Shown: positions 38,484-47,823 of the stretch, piece by piece
Position numbering within the stretch: position 1 is the first letter of the stretch
How the letters are laid out: each line of letters begins with the position of its first letter
Position numbers and translations under genes: made by a program
Source of the DNA: an uncultured archaeon
GTDB taxonomy: Archaea > Thermoproteota > EX4484-205 > JAAOZP01
DNA: 64,000 nucleotides
Direction: 5' to 3'
NCBI GenBank assembly: GCA_938045545.1
Contig: CALIBN010000012.1
Coordinates: 78,368 to 142,367 of the forward strand
The notes under the pieces: model-generated
Databases searched by the model: none
What the model saw: only the letters and a program-made list of their open reading frames with translations
Told to the model about the DNA's origin: nothing

Positions 38484-39126
38484 GCCTGACGGCCTAGCTG
38501 AGTTCCTACTCAAAAGAGCTGAGCAGGTTGAGGCAGAGAGGAGGGCTGAGGCTGAAAGACAAGCAGCGATAATGGCACATAAGATATGGCTTCACCACCA
38601 GGCTGCAAACAGGGCTAGGAAGGAGCTTGAGGAATACCGGAAGCTCCTTAACGATTCCAGGGGCCTCATATCCTCACGAGATATCAAGGCCAATGAGATT
38701 CTCATAGAAGAGCTCCAGGGCAGGCTAATGTCCGATCCGGAGGGGGCTGAGGAGGAAGCGAGGATCTATCGAAAGTTCCTGGAGGCTAACGTCAAGAGAA
38801 TCAGGAGGGCTGGGGAGAATAAGAGGGGGAGGGCACTCGAACGTAAAAGTGATGAGGCGATGCTCCATTCTCTCAGGTACGTAGCGGGGCTGAACGAACT
38901 ATCGAAGAGCATTGATGAGCTATGTAACAAATGGCTTTCAATAAGCAGGGACAATTCTCAGGCGGGGAGGCTTTATGTCCTGTTGCTCAGACATATGGGG
39001 TTCAACGTCAACAGCCTTTCAGAAGCGAGGAGTGTCTTAAAGAAAGAGCTAAGGGAAGCGTTTGAGAAGAGGCTTACGGAGAAGATAAAAGCCTTCCATG
39101 AGTCCGGAGGTTTTAGCACCTGCTAA
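38476..39126 (+). CDS. Coiled-coil hypothetical protein of the element
   Basis: Overlaps previous stop; GGAGG SD; helical charged composition. Confidence 0.7.
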   Translation: MSKPDGLAEFLLKRAEQVEAERRAEAERQAAIMAHKIWLHHQAANRARKELEEYRKLLNDSRGLISSRDIKANEILIEELQGRLMSDPEGAEEEARIYRKFLEANVKRIRRAGENKRGRALERKSDEAMLHSLRYVAGLNELSKSIDELCNKWLSISRDNSQAGRLYVLLLRHMGFNVNSLSEARSVLKKELREAFEKRLTEKIKAFHESGGFSTC

Positions 39127-39501
39127 ATCTGAGAAGACATTTATCAGGTTGAGTTGCTCTAGCTAAAGTTCTCCTAAGCCGAGAAGAAGGGTTATTTTCC
39201 AGGTTAGAATGCCTTTTCCCTTAGGCCTGTTCTTCCATGTTAAAATCCATATCTTGCTCGATTTTTCGCATGAATCATGAAATGACTTTTGCAGTTAAAA
39301 CATGTCATATGTTTTTCTATATAAATTTTTCTGTTGATAAGATTAAATATTTATCTTTAGAGTTAATCAAAGTTAACTTTAAAAATTTAGTGTATACACT
39401 AAATTTAGAAGAAACCAAATAGTTAGCTTTAAATATCGGTGATAAAAAAGTACGACTAATATGAAAAAACTTAAAAGTACGCTTACATGCAAAGTATCAT
39501 A

Positions 39502-39726
39502 ATGAGTAAAGTGAAGGTAGTTAAGGTTTCAAGTAACGGTACAACAAGCCTAGTTTACATTCCGAAGAAATTTGCGAAAGAATTGGAAATTAAAAAAGGT
39601 AATTACATCAAGATGATTTTAGCAGGTGGGCAAATCATTATTCAGCCACTCGACCTCGGCTATGAATGCGGGCCCGGTCGAGTGGGCAGGCCCTCCAGCA
39701 GGAGTGAACCTGCAAATGAAGGATGA
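39502..39726 (+). CDS. AbrB/MazE-type DNA-binding protein
   Basis: SLVYIPKKFAKELEIKKGNYI..QIIIQP; start re-called at ATG 39502, about 30 bp below aaaaac-ttaaaa. Confidence 0.85.
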   Translation: MSKVKVVKVSSNGTTSLVYIPKKFAKELEIKKGNYIKMILAGGQIIIQPLDLGYECGPGRVGRPSSRSEPANEG

Positions 39727-41710
39727 GGAGGATGTACTACTTAAACATTTCTCCAGCAATGTTAAGAAGGCCCAAGAGTTCGTGGTGAGAGAAATAGAAA
39801 AGGAAGAAAGCAAAGAAAACAAGAAGACGATTAAAACTATCTTTGAAGATCTGAACGATTTCATCGTCCAAGAGATTTGGAGCAATGGGCCAAAGCTTCT
39901 AATCTGGGATAAGAGGGATGGGAAGGTTAATGTTTGTGAAGAATTCGAATGGGGAAATATCGTTTACAAGCCTCATAACATACCGATCGGGAGGAAAGGC
40001 AGACCACTTGTTACTTTGGCGTCAAAACCCATACCTTATAGAAACGAGAAAGACCTGCTTGAAAGGATCAGAGAGTTCATTGATCGCTATTCGGATTTAG
40101 AGCCATGGGCTTTAGAATTTACATCGAGGTTCGTCATGCATAGCTGGGTTTATGACATGGGAGATTATGCAATCCAATTATGGATAAAGGGGCTCACGGG
40201 CTCAGGTAAAACGAGGTTTCTTAAGCTTCTCGCCCTGCTCTGCTATAATGCCCTTTATGTCGGTGGTAATGCAAGTTTCTCGGCCTATAAAAGGCTAATC
40301 TCGAAATATAGGGGCACGTTGTTGATCAACGAGTTCGAGCTAAAGGATGAAGATGACTCCAACGAGGTCATAATTTGGCTCAACAATGGATTCGAAAAGG
40401 ATAATGAATTTCCATTAAGCAGAAAAAACCAACCTGAGAAACAAGATTTTTTCGACCCTTTTGGTCCTAAGGTGATAGCATCCAGAAGCCTGATCTCAAA
40501 CCCCGCCACTCTTTCGAGGATGGTCGTTATTGAGATGCATAAGACATCGAGAAAAGACATTCCTATCAAATTGCCTGCTGAAGCCTATCGTGAAGCTGAA
40601 GAGATTAGAAACATGCTCCTATTCTTCAGGCTTAAACACTACAAGAGTGATTATGCGTTACGCTCTGATCTCGATGAGAGGCTTAGAAACGATGAGGTTA
40701 TCGATGGACGCTTTAAGCAACAGGCTTACCCCATGCTCGAGCTCTATGAGATAGCAGGTCTAGATGTCAACGAGGTTTTCAACTTCTATAGGAAGCTCAC
40801 CCTGGACTTTAAGAAGAGGCAGGCGGAGTCAACGCCTGAAGGCGTGATCTTCCATGCGATCATGGAGTTATGCAGCCTCCAAGATTGTAACAACCCCGAT
40901 TTCTCAGGCCACATCGTTAAGGAGGAGGTAAAGGATGAAACCGGCCAGGAGAAAAAGGTCTATGGATTGGTGGGCATAACAACCAGGCTTTTGGAAGACA
41001 AAACTGGCTTCTCGAAGTATACCATAACAAAGGCCTTAAGCCACATAGGGATGGTTCAAGAGAGGAGGAAGACGAAGGTTATAATCTATGACCTCAGAGG
41101 AGATTTTACCGAACGAACTAGATATTTAAGACTCTGGAAGTTTAAGAGTGAAAGAACTTGGAAGGAGGCCCTCGACCAATACTATGTGGGGGATGTGTCC
41201 CTAGCGAGTGGCACCACCGACACCTTTGACACCTTGCCCATTCCGGAGATTCTAAAAAGTAGGGACTTTAACTCTGAAAAGATGCCAGAAAATGTCCTTT
41301 TAAATAGCACAAACAATGTGGAAAATGCCAATAAAAAGTCATCTTTCTTCGAGAGCCCTGACCTGGAGAAAGATGTCCAGGTGGCGAAGGTGCCAGAGGT
41401 GCCACTTGATGGAGACACATATGTTCCCGAGCAGGAGGGCAAGGCTGAACTCCAGAGTTTAAGTCCCTCTTTTGAGAATCTAATTATCAGGTCTGGAAGC
41501 TACATCCGAAAATCTCTTAAAGATTTCTCCAAGTACCATTACGCTGAGCTGGTTTGTCAGATTTGTAACTCTATCGACGAAGTCTTCGCCAGAAAAGTTA
41601 GCGATACCCAAATAGCTTACCTGTGCGATGAGTGTGTGAAGAAGGCCTCTGACCTGAGGATCAGCCTCGAGGAACTTCTCGAAAAGAGTCAAAGAGGCGA
41701 AGCGGCCTAA
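39716..41710 (+). CDS. P-loop NTPase, putative replication helicase/Rep, with C-terminal zinc finger
   Basis: Walker A GLTGSGKT, Walker B LLINE, FGPKVIA..ATLSR; CQIC..CDEC; GGAGTGA SD before ATG 39716. Confidence 0.75.
   Translation: MKDEEDVLLKHFSSNVKKAQEFVVREIEKEESKENKKTIKTIFEDLNDFIVQEIWSNGPKLLIWDKRDGKVNVCEEFEWGNIVYKPHNIPIGRKGRPLVTLASKPIPYRNEKDLLERIREFIDRYSDLEPWALEFTSRFVMHSWVYDMGDYAIQLWIKGLTGSGKTRFLKLLALLCYNALYVGGNASFSAYKRLISKYRGTLLINEFELKDEDDSNEVIIWLNNGFEKDNEFPLSRKNQPEKQDFFDPFGPKVIASRSLISNPATLSRMVVIEMHKTSRKDIPIKLPAEAYREAEEIRNMLLFFRLKHYKSDYALRSDLDERLRNDEVIDGRFKQQAYPMLELYEIAGLDVNEVFNFYRKLTLDFKKRQAESTPEGVIFHAIMELCSLQDCNNPDFSGHIVKEEVKDETGQEKKVYGLVGITTRLLEDKTGFSKYTITKALSHIGMVQERRKTKVIIYDLRGDFTERTRYLRLWKFKSERTWKEALDQYYVGDVSLASGTTDTFDTLPIPEILKSRDFNSEKMPENVLLNSTNNVENANKKSSFFESPDLEKDVQVAKVPEVPLDGDTYVPEQEGKAELQSLSPSFENLIIRSGSYIRKSLKDFSKYHYAELVCQICNSIDEVFARKVSDTQIAYLCDECVKKASDLRISLEELLEKSQRGEAA
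41193..41420. repeat. Inverted 9 bp iteron arrays around an AT-rich spacer (putative intragenic origin)
   Basis: agtggcacc accgacacc tttgacacc (41207-41233) vs ggtggcgaa ggtgccaga ggtgccact (41380-41406), plus symmetric atgtgtc/gacacat. Confidence 0.75.
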
Positions 41711-41713
41711 GCC

Positions 41714-43063
41714 TTGATCTTAAGCTGTCCCTATTGCGGTTCTTCGAAACTATTTAAAGCAGGTTTTAGAAAAACGAAGAGTGGCGAGAAGATCCAACGC
41801 TACTTATGTAGAAGCTGCTTTCGAAGGTTTGGCCTTCCTGGAAACCCTGAGGTAAAGCTCAACGTCTCCAGGGGGCTCGTCGAAGACTCTAAAGTTGTAA
41901 AGCAGCCTCCTGATGCTCCCTCTGTCGTAGGGCCTGCCCTCGAGCCAAGCCCTGAGGACTCTACGCTCCCTCTCGCTAAAGATCCTGGTGTGCATAGTAC
42001 ACGAATCTCGAGACAAGGGTTTTATAGTTTGCGTCTCGAAGCTAAGGACAGCAGGAGGGCAGGGAGTGAAAAGCATCCTCCTGCAGAAGGTGAAATGGAT
42101 AACATGAGCAACCCTGAAGGGGTTGTGAAGAGCATCCTGGTCCAGCGACCGGGGGCTGGGCAGGATGACAAGAAAGAGGAGCTCGAGGGCAAGCTCATAA
42201 GCTTCGCATGGTGGCTTAAGAAACAGGGACTGCGTGAGTCCACGGTAAAGCAGTATTGCAAAATACTCCGCCAGCTTGTTAAGAGCAGTGTCAACTTAGA
42301 TGATCCTGAAGCGGTAAAGGAGGCTTTAGCAAGGAATGGTAGAAGCGAAAGGTGGAAGGCTCTGATAGTGCATGCCTACTCCGCATACTTAAAGATGAAG
42401 GGAAAGCACTGGGATCCCCCACGGTTCGATGTGGTTAGAAAGATTCCCTTCATACCCTTGGAGAGCGAGATCGATGCACTGATAGCCGGTTGCGGACCTA
42501 AGACTGCAGCACTGCTCCAATTGCTTAAGGAAACCGGCATGAGGATAGGCGAGGCGTTGAGGCTGACCTGGAAGGATGTGGACCTCGAGAGAAGAGTCAT
42601 AATCTTTAACGAGCCGGAGAAAAACAGCAATCCGAGAATCTTTAAAATCAGCCCCAGGCTTATCAGCATGTTGAGCATGCTTCCGAGAAACGGAGTGAGG
42701 GTGTTTCCAACGAGCTATCACAGCGTTAAAAACAACTTTAAGCATTCTCGGAGACGCTTGGCGGAGAGACTTAATAATCCCAGACTTCTAAACATTAGTT
42801 TCCACACCTTCAGGCACTGGAAGGCCACCATGGAGTACCACAAAACAAAGGATTTGTTGCATGTCAAGGAGCTGCTCGGACATAAGAATGTAGACAACAC
42901 GATGGTTTACATTCAGATCGAAAGGGCTCTTTTCAACGAGACGGATGCCGAGTTCACAGTTAGGATCGCTAAGACTCCTGACGAGATTAAAGAGCTTCTG
43001 GAAGCTGGTTTTGAGTATGTTTGCGAGAAGGATGGCTTCCTCTTCTTCAGGAGGAGGAAATGA
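41714..43063 (+). CDS. int: Tyrosine recombinase/integrase with N-terminal zinc ribbon
   Basis: CPYCGS..QRYLCRSC; catalytic ETGMR, HTFRH, LLGH, TMVY. Confidence 0.93.
   Translation: MILSCPYCGSSKLFKAGFRKTKSGEKIQRYLCRSCFRRFGLPGNPEVKLNVSRGLVEDSKVVKQPPDAPSVVGPALEPSPEDSTLPLAKDPGVHSTRISRQGFYSLRLEAKDSRRAGSEKHPPAEGEMDNMSNPEGVVKSILVQRPGAGQDDKKEELEGKLISFAWWLKKQGLRESTVKQYCKILRQLVKSSVNLDDPEAVKEALARNGRSERWKALIVHAYSAYLKMKGKHWDPPRFDVVRKIPFIPLESEIDALIAGCGPKTAALLQLLKETGMRIGEALRLTWKDVDLERRVIIFNEPEKNSNPRIFKISPRLISMLSMLPRNGVRVFPTSYHSVKNNFKHSRRRLAERLNNPRLLNISFHTFRHWKATMEYHKTKDLLHVKELLGHKNVDNTMVYIQIERALFNETDAEFTVRIAKTPDEIKELLEAGFEYVCEKDGFLFFRRRK
41804..41995 (-). CDS. Small basic protein nested antisense inside the integrase ORF (candidate regulator/excisionase)
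   Basis: MHTRIFSERERRVLRAWLEG..; own BRE/TATA gcaaac-tataaaa 25-31 bp upstream; sense frame here is a Pro-rich linker. Confidence 0.65.
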   Translation of the reverse strand: MHTRIFSERERRVLRAWLEGRPYDRGSIRRLLYNFRVFDEPPGDVELYLRVSRKAKPSKAAST

Positions 43064-44976
43064 GAATGTCCGGAAATAGTCTAAAAACTCCGAAAATAAG
43101 TCTTTCCAGCATCGACTACCGGGTGCTCTCCAAGGAGCTTTCTAAAGAGCTGCAGGGAGCATGGGTTGACAACGTGTACAAACATCCTGATTACGGATAC
43201 TATCTGATGGTTTTCAGAAGCAGCGGGATTGTCAAGAAGCTAGTCATAATACCTGGGGAATCATTGTTTCTAACTCGCCGAGATTATCCTGTCCCGAGTA
43301 CTCCCGAGGGCAGCGTATTGCAGCTGAGGAGAATAGTCTGCAACCTTAGGGTTGAGAGCGTGGAGCAGCATGACTTTGACAGGATTATAATCATGAGTCT
43401 TTCCAGAGGAGGGTTTAAAACCAGGCTTATCGTGGAGGGATTGAAACGAGGCGTGATCGCCCTTGTATCTGAAGACTGGCGTATCCTCTTCACTTCTCAA
43501 AGAATCGAGATGGTAGCCAGATCGCTCAGAGAGGGGGAGAAATACGTTTTCCCACCGTCAAACATTTTCGACCCCATGTGCATCCCGGGAAGCCTGGAAG
43601 CCCTGCAGAAGTATTCCTCGGAAAAGCTTGGCAGGCTGATAGCTGGTAGGCTTGGCTTCGGGTCTAAAACAATGAGTGAGATATGCAGAAGGATAGGGCT
43701 TGATCCTGACTCAAGCGTTGAAGGAAAGATCCCTATCGTAATCGAGACCATACGTATGCTCATCAAGGAGGCTGAAGAGTCTCCGAAGCCGCGGATCTAC
43801 TATCGCGAGGGACGACCGGTCGATGTGTCTGCGATAAGGCTTCTCTCCTTGGAGAACATGGAGCAGAAGGAGGTTGAAACCGTTTCAGAGGCTTTGGATG
43901 AATACTATGCTACACTCGGGTTTGAGGCTGCTGGTGATGAAAAATCATCATTAGAGCTGAGTAGGCTGGTTAGAATAAGAGAGAACCTTGCTTCCGAAGT
44001 AGAGGCGTTGAGGAATAAGGCTAGGATGATCATGGAGAACCTTGCGGTCTTTCAGGCAGTTTTAGACGCTGTAAGGAATAAAGTGGAAGCGCCAGCTGGT
44101 TTCAAGATTCTTGAAACCGACTACGGGAGGAGAACTGTTAAAGTATTGTTCAACGATTCAGAGTTGAAGCTTAGCTTGGATTCCTCGGCGGCGTCAAACG
44201 CCTCCAGCATGTTTGAGGAGGCTAAGAAAATCGAGAAGCATCTTTCCGAGATTGATGGCAAGATTCTTCTGCTTAAGGAGAAGGCTTCTGCCGAAAGCAG
44301 GAGAATGGTTCCTGGGAAGAGGGTTGAAAGAAAATGGTTTGAAAAGTTCCGATGGAACGTATCGGTTAACGGAAACTTGATTCTGGCCGGTAGAGACGCT
44401 GGGACGAACGAGCTTCTCGTCAAGAAGTATGTTTCAGATAGAAGCGTGGTGTTTCACGCGGACTTCATAGGAGCACCGTTCGTAACCATACATAATGTTG
44501 AAAACCCTTCAGAGGAGGAGCTTGAGGAGGCTGCGCTCATGGCGGCATGCTACACTGCAAGAGCTTGGGAGAACAAGTATGCTTCCCTAGACGTCTACTG
44601 GGTCAGGGGAAGCCAAGTCGGCAAGCAGGCCCCCCCAGGCCAGTACCTACCCAAGGGAGCGTTCATGATAAGGGGGGAGAAGAACTTCATTAGAAATGTT
44701 GAGCTTAAGCTTTGGATCGGAGTTTCAGATAATGGCGAAGTGGCTTACGGGAGTCTAAGCAAGGTAAAGGCAAGGTGTAGAAAGTATGCAGTAATCCTTC
44801 CTGGAGACAAGGATAAGAATCATGAAGCTGCTTTACTCGCAAGGAAGTTTCTTAAAGACATGTCTCTTCCCCGTGAAGCATTGCCAGAGCTGCTTGAGAG
44901 GATTCGAAGCATTATTCCAGGGCGACACTGTGAAGCTCGCTACATGCCGCCCATTCCTCCGGGGCAAGGGAAATAG
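43060..44976 (+). CDS. rqcH: Ribosome quality-control protein RqcH/NFACT (NEMF-like)
   Basis: FDRII, KWFEKFRW, GRDAGTNELLVKKY, FHAD..GAP, YLPKGAFMIRGEKN; start ATG 43060 or 43066 supplied by the element. Confidence 0.9.
   Translation: MRMSGNSLKTPKISLSSIDYRVLSKELSKELQGAWVDNVYKHPDYGYYLMVFRSSGIVKKLVIIPGESLFLTRRDYPVPSTPEGSVLQLRRIVCNLRVESVEQHDFDRIIIMSLSRGGFKTRLIVEGLKRGVIALVSEDWRILFTSQRIEMVARSLREGEKYVFPPSNIFDPMCIPGSLEALQKYSSEKLGRLIAGRLGFGSKTMSEICRRIGLDPDSSVEGKIPIVIETIRMLIKEAEESPKPRIYYREGRPVDVSAIRLLSLENMEQKEVETVSEALDEYYATLGFEAAGDEKSSLELSRLVRIRENLASEVEALRNKARMIMENLAVFQAVLDAVRNKVEAPAGFKILETDYGRRTVKVLFNDSELKLSLDSSAASNASSMFEEAKKIEKHLSEIDGKILLLKEKASAESRRMVPGKRVERKWFEKFRWNVSVNGNLILAGRDAGTNELLVKKYVSDRSVVFHADFIGAPFVTIHNVENPSEEELEEAALMAACYTARAWENKYASLDVYWVRGSQVGKQAPPGQYLPKGAFMIRGEKNFIRNVELKLWIGVSDNGEVAYGSLSKVKARCRKYAVILPGDKDKNHEAALLARKFLKDMSLPREALPELLERIRSIIPGRHCEARYMPPIPPGQGK
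43090..43106 (+). repeat. attR core CCGAAAATAAGTCTTTC
   Basis: Identical to 32244-32260; 26 bp after integrase stop. Confidence 0.93.
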
Positions 44977-45043
44977 AGATCCTTACGTCTAGTCTAAAAG
45001 GATTAATGCTTAAAAAGGAGGACGCATTTAGGAAAAAGCCGGG

Positions 45044-46189
45044 TTGAAAATAGCTGCCAGAACAAGCAGGATTGTCGAGCCGCCTCACAGAAGGATTTTG
45101 AAGGAAGCCTTGTCTAGAAGGAGCGTTGTGATGAACCTTAGCGTGGGGGATATTTTCATAGAGCCCCACCCGTTAGTTAAGGATGCCGTTAGGAAAGCCT
45201 CTGAGGAAAGCAGCCTCACATACCCCCCGGTGGAAGGGTTCAGCGAGCTTAGAAGCCTGATAGCCGAATACTTGGTGGAGAGCAGGAGTTTAGACGTGAA
45301 GGCTGAGAACATTCTGGTGACAGCGGGGGCTTCGGAAGCGTTTCTCGTAGCATTAATGACTGTGCTTGACCCTGGGGAAAGGATTATTCTCCCAGATCCA
45401 ACTTACCCTCAGCACACTCTGGCGGCGAACCTTTTCGACAGCATTACGATAAACTATTACAGTCAGTATTCAGATGTTAGCAAACAGGTTACTGGAGGAA
45501 AAGACGGGCGCAGCCTCATACTGGTTTGCTCTCCAAACAACCCGACTGGGAGGATTATTTCAACAAAAGACATGGAGATGCTTGTCGAGCATGCTCGGGA
45601 AAACGGTTCTACGATTGTTTCCGACGAGACTTACTTAGAAATATTTTTCAGTGGAAACAAGCCCGTGAGCCCAGGAAGCTTCGACACCGGCCTTGAAAAC
45701 ACCATCATCATAGGAAGCTTCTCTAAGAACATGGGGATAACCGGCTTGAGAGTAGGTTTCATAGCTTCTGAAAAAAGCATGATCAGCAGGGCAAGCATGG
45801 TTAGGTACGCTACTTCGCTAACTTCAAACACGCTGGGGCAGCGCGTAGTTTTGAAAACGCTTCCCCTCATAAACGAGATATCCGAGTATGTAAGGATGAA
45901 CGTTGAGAAACGCCTAAGAATGTTCATACAGGGCTTTAAGAGAAGCGATTTGCTGAAGGTCTACGAGCCCCAGGGGTCGCTCTACATATTCCCATACGTG
46001 CCGTTCAAATCCTTCGAGTTCTGTCTCGAGCTGGCTAGGGAGACGGGGGTCGTAATGGCCCCGGGTCAAGGGTTTGGGCCGTCGGGTGAAAACCACGTTA
46101 GGATTAGCTTTGGAGCGAGAGAGGAAGACATAATAAATTCAATAGAGTTGTTAAACGGGTTTGAGCCTAAGGTTGAACGATGCTTTTAA
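45044..46189 (+). CDS. PLP-dependent aminotransferase class I/II
   Basis: SPNNPTG, SDETY, SFSK..TGLRVG, HVRISF. Confidence 0.9.
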   Translation: MKIAARTSRIVEPPHRRILKEALSRRSVVMNLSVGDIFIEPHPLVKDAVRKASEESSLTYPPVEGFSELRSLIAEYLVESRSLDVKAENILVTAGASEAFLVALMTVLDPGERIILPDPTYPQHTLAANLFDSITINYYSQYSDVSKQVTGGKDGRSLILVCSPNNPTGRIISTKDMEMLVEHARENGSTIVSDETYLEIFFSGNKPVSPGSFDTGLENTIIIGSFSKNMGITGLRVGFIASEKSMISRASMVRYATSLTSNTLGQRVVLKTLPLINEISEYVRMNVEKRLRMFIQGFKRSDLLKVYEPQGSLYIFPYVPFKSFEFCLELARETGVVMAPGQGFGPSGENHVRISFGAREEDIINSIELLNGFEPKVERCF

Positions 46190-46952
46190 AGAAGGCGAGG
46201 ACGTTCTCCTAATCTCATCTAAAGGGAAGAAAAGAGTCGTGAAAATACAGGGAGACCGGATTCACACTCATAAAGGATATATTCAGGTTGGAGACATCGT
46301 TGGCAACCAGCCCGGAATACTGGTTAGAACACACACTGGAGACGAGTTTCTTGCCCTTAAACCCCTGGTTGCAGACTATATTCCTAAGCTGGCTAGGAGG
46401 ACGCAGGTGATGTATCCCAAGGACCTAGGCTACATGGTTTTAAGCCTAGGGGTATCGCCGGGCTTCAAGGTTCTGGACGCGGGTACCGGAAGCGGGGCTG
46501 CCGCCATGGTTATGGCGAGCCTCGTAAAGCCGAATGGAAAAGTCTTCTCCTACGATGTGGATGAGGAATCCATAGTGGTTGCCAGGAGGAACCTTGAAAG
46601 GGTCGGCCTCCTTGAGTATGTTGAACTAGTGCACGAAGACGTTAAGACAGCTGTTTTCAAAGAGTTTTTCGACGCTGCTTTGATGGATCTTCCAGACCCT
46701 TGGGAAGCCCTTGGTAATGTTTCAAGGTTCCTTAAGCCTTCAGCCAGAATATGCGTCGTACTCCCCACCATGAACCAGCTGGAGAAGGCTTACTCGGCGC
46801 TGGTAGCTTCGGGGATGGCGCATCTTGAAACAGTGGAAATATTTCTCAGGAGGATAAGGCCATTCCCAGGGAAGATTAGGCCTGAGTCTCTTATGATTGG
46901 GCATACCGCCTACCTTATGATTGGCGTTAAGGTTTCGAGAGAAAACGTTTAA
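46161..46952 (+). CDS. trmI: tRNA (adenine57/58-N1)-methyltransferase
   Basis: TQVMYPKD, DAGTGSG, DLPDPW, GHTAYL. Confidence 0.92.
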   Translation: MSLRLNDAFKEGEDVLLISSKGKKRVVKIQGDRIHTHKGYIQVGDIVGNQPGILVRTHTGDEFLALKPLVADYIPKLARRTQVMYPKDLGYMVLSLGVSPGFKVLDAGTGSGAAAMVMASLVKPNGKVFSYDVDEESIVVARRNLERVGLLEYVELVHEDVKTAVFKEFFDAALMDLPDPWEALGNVSRFLKPSARICVVLPTMNQLEKAYSALVASGMAHLETVEIFLRRIRPFPGKIRPESLMIGHTAYLMIGVKVSRENV

Positions 46953-46979
46953 AAAGAACATGGATAGAGTAGCGTCGGA

Positions 46980-47567
46980 TTGGAGAAGAAGGATGCGGTT
47001 TACTCGGTAGGAAACCTGTTGGCGCTGGTAGGTTTAGTTGTTCTTTCAGTATTCACATTCGGCACCAGCCTCCAAGTCACCGGCTTTCTAAGAACAAGCG
47101 TTAACCTTTTCAGCTCCGTCCTCATGTTCCTAGGCTCAGCGCTCCCATTCCTGCTTAAAGAGATGGACGCCCAGCGCAGAATGAGGAGCATTGGGCTAAG
47201 ATGCTTCACGTCAAGCTTCATAATATCAATACTGCTTCTGGCTCAGACAATAGTGAGGGGATTCGCCTCCACGGTTCCGATTCTAGCGTCGCTAGCATTA
47301 GGATTATCCGGCATGGCGGCATATCTTCTTTCGAGAACTGGAAGAATCGCCCCGCCCCCTGCCAGGGAAATACTTTTATTCGTCTCAGTGATAATAGTGT
47401 TTTCAGCGCCGATGATACACTTGCTTCTGGAGGACCTCGCGATGGATATTAATGTTGCCAGAATAATGTCGGTCAGCCTACTGGTCGTCTTCACGGGAGT
47501 AATGTATTTTTCGCTCAAGAGGCCGGGCAACCCTTCTGTAACCGGTTCAGATGAGAAAAAGACCTAA
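46980..47567 (+). CDS. Hypothetical membrane protein (about 6 TM)
   Basis: Alternating hydrophobic helices. Confidence 0.7.
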   Translation: MEKKDAVYSVGNLLALVGLVVLSVFTFGTSLQVTGFLRTSVNLFSSVLMFLGSALPFLLKEMDAQRRMRSIGLRCFTSSFIISILLLAQTIVRGFASTVPILASLALGLSGMAAYLLSRTGRIAPPPAREILLFVSVIIVFSAPMIHLLLEDLAMDINVARIMSVSLLVVFTGVMYFSLKRPGNPSVTGSDEKKT

Positions 47568-47615
47568 GCCGCCGGATACGTAACGCTTAATACCGTCTTG
47601 AAAAAGGCATGAACA

Positions 47616-47823
47616 GGGTAGACCAGGCTCCTGCCGAGCGGGAAACCCTGAAGCAGGCCTCAACATCTTGAGGAGGGTACAAGCCGCCTTGACCATGGGG
47701 ATTGGGCTCGAAACCCGTGGAGAGGTTGAAGCAGCCTTCCCAAGGTGTTGCGGAGTAAAAGCATCCTCCCCAGGCTTGTTGAAAAGCGGATTGGGGAGAT
47801 GAACCTACTAGCCTGGGCCCAAA
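47616..47823 (+). ncRNA. Unassigned structured RNA, about 205 nt
   Basis: TATA-like cttaatac near 47587; closing stem CCAGGCU/AGCCUGG plus GGGU/GCCC; several internal hairpins; no credible ORF. Confidence 0.6.

Larger units (their letters stand above)
32244..43106. mobile_element. Integrated tyrosine-integrase element (about 10.9 kb) in the 5' end of rqcH
   Basis: Perfect 17 bp direct repeats at both ends, integrase next to attR, Rep-like and RM cargo, visibly more AT-rich. Confidence 0.92.

Noticed and set aside
43021-43059. TTG start for rqcH at 43021
   Set aside because: Lies inside the integrase C-terminus; ATG 43060/43066 has an SD and stop overlap
47616-47823. Assignment of the structured RNA as SRP or RNase P RNA
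   Set aside because: No helix-8 GGAA/AGCA motif and no GAGGAAAGUCC or ACAGAA..GGCUUA P4 elements on either strand
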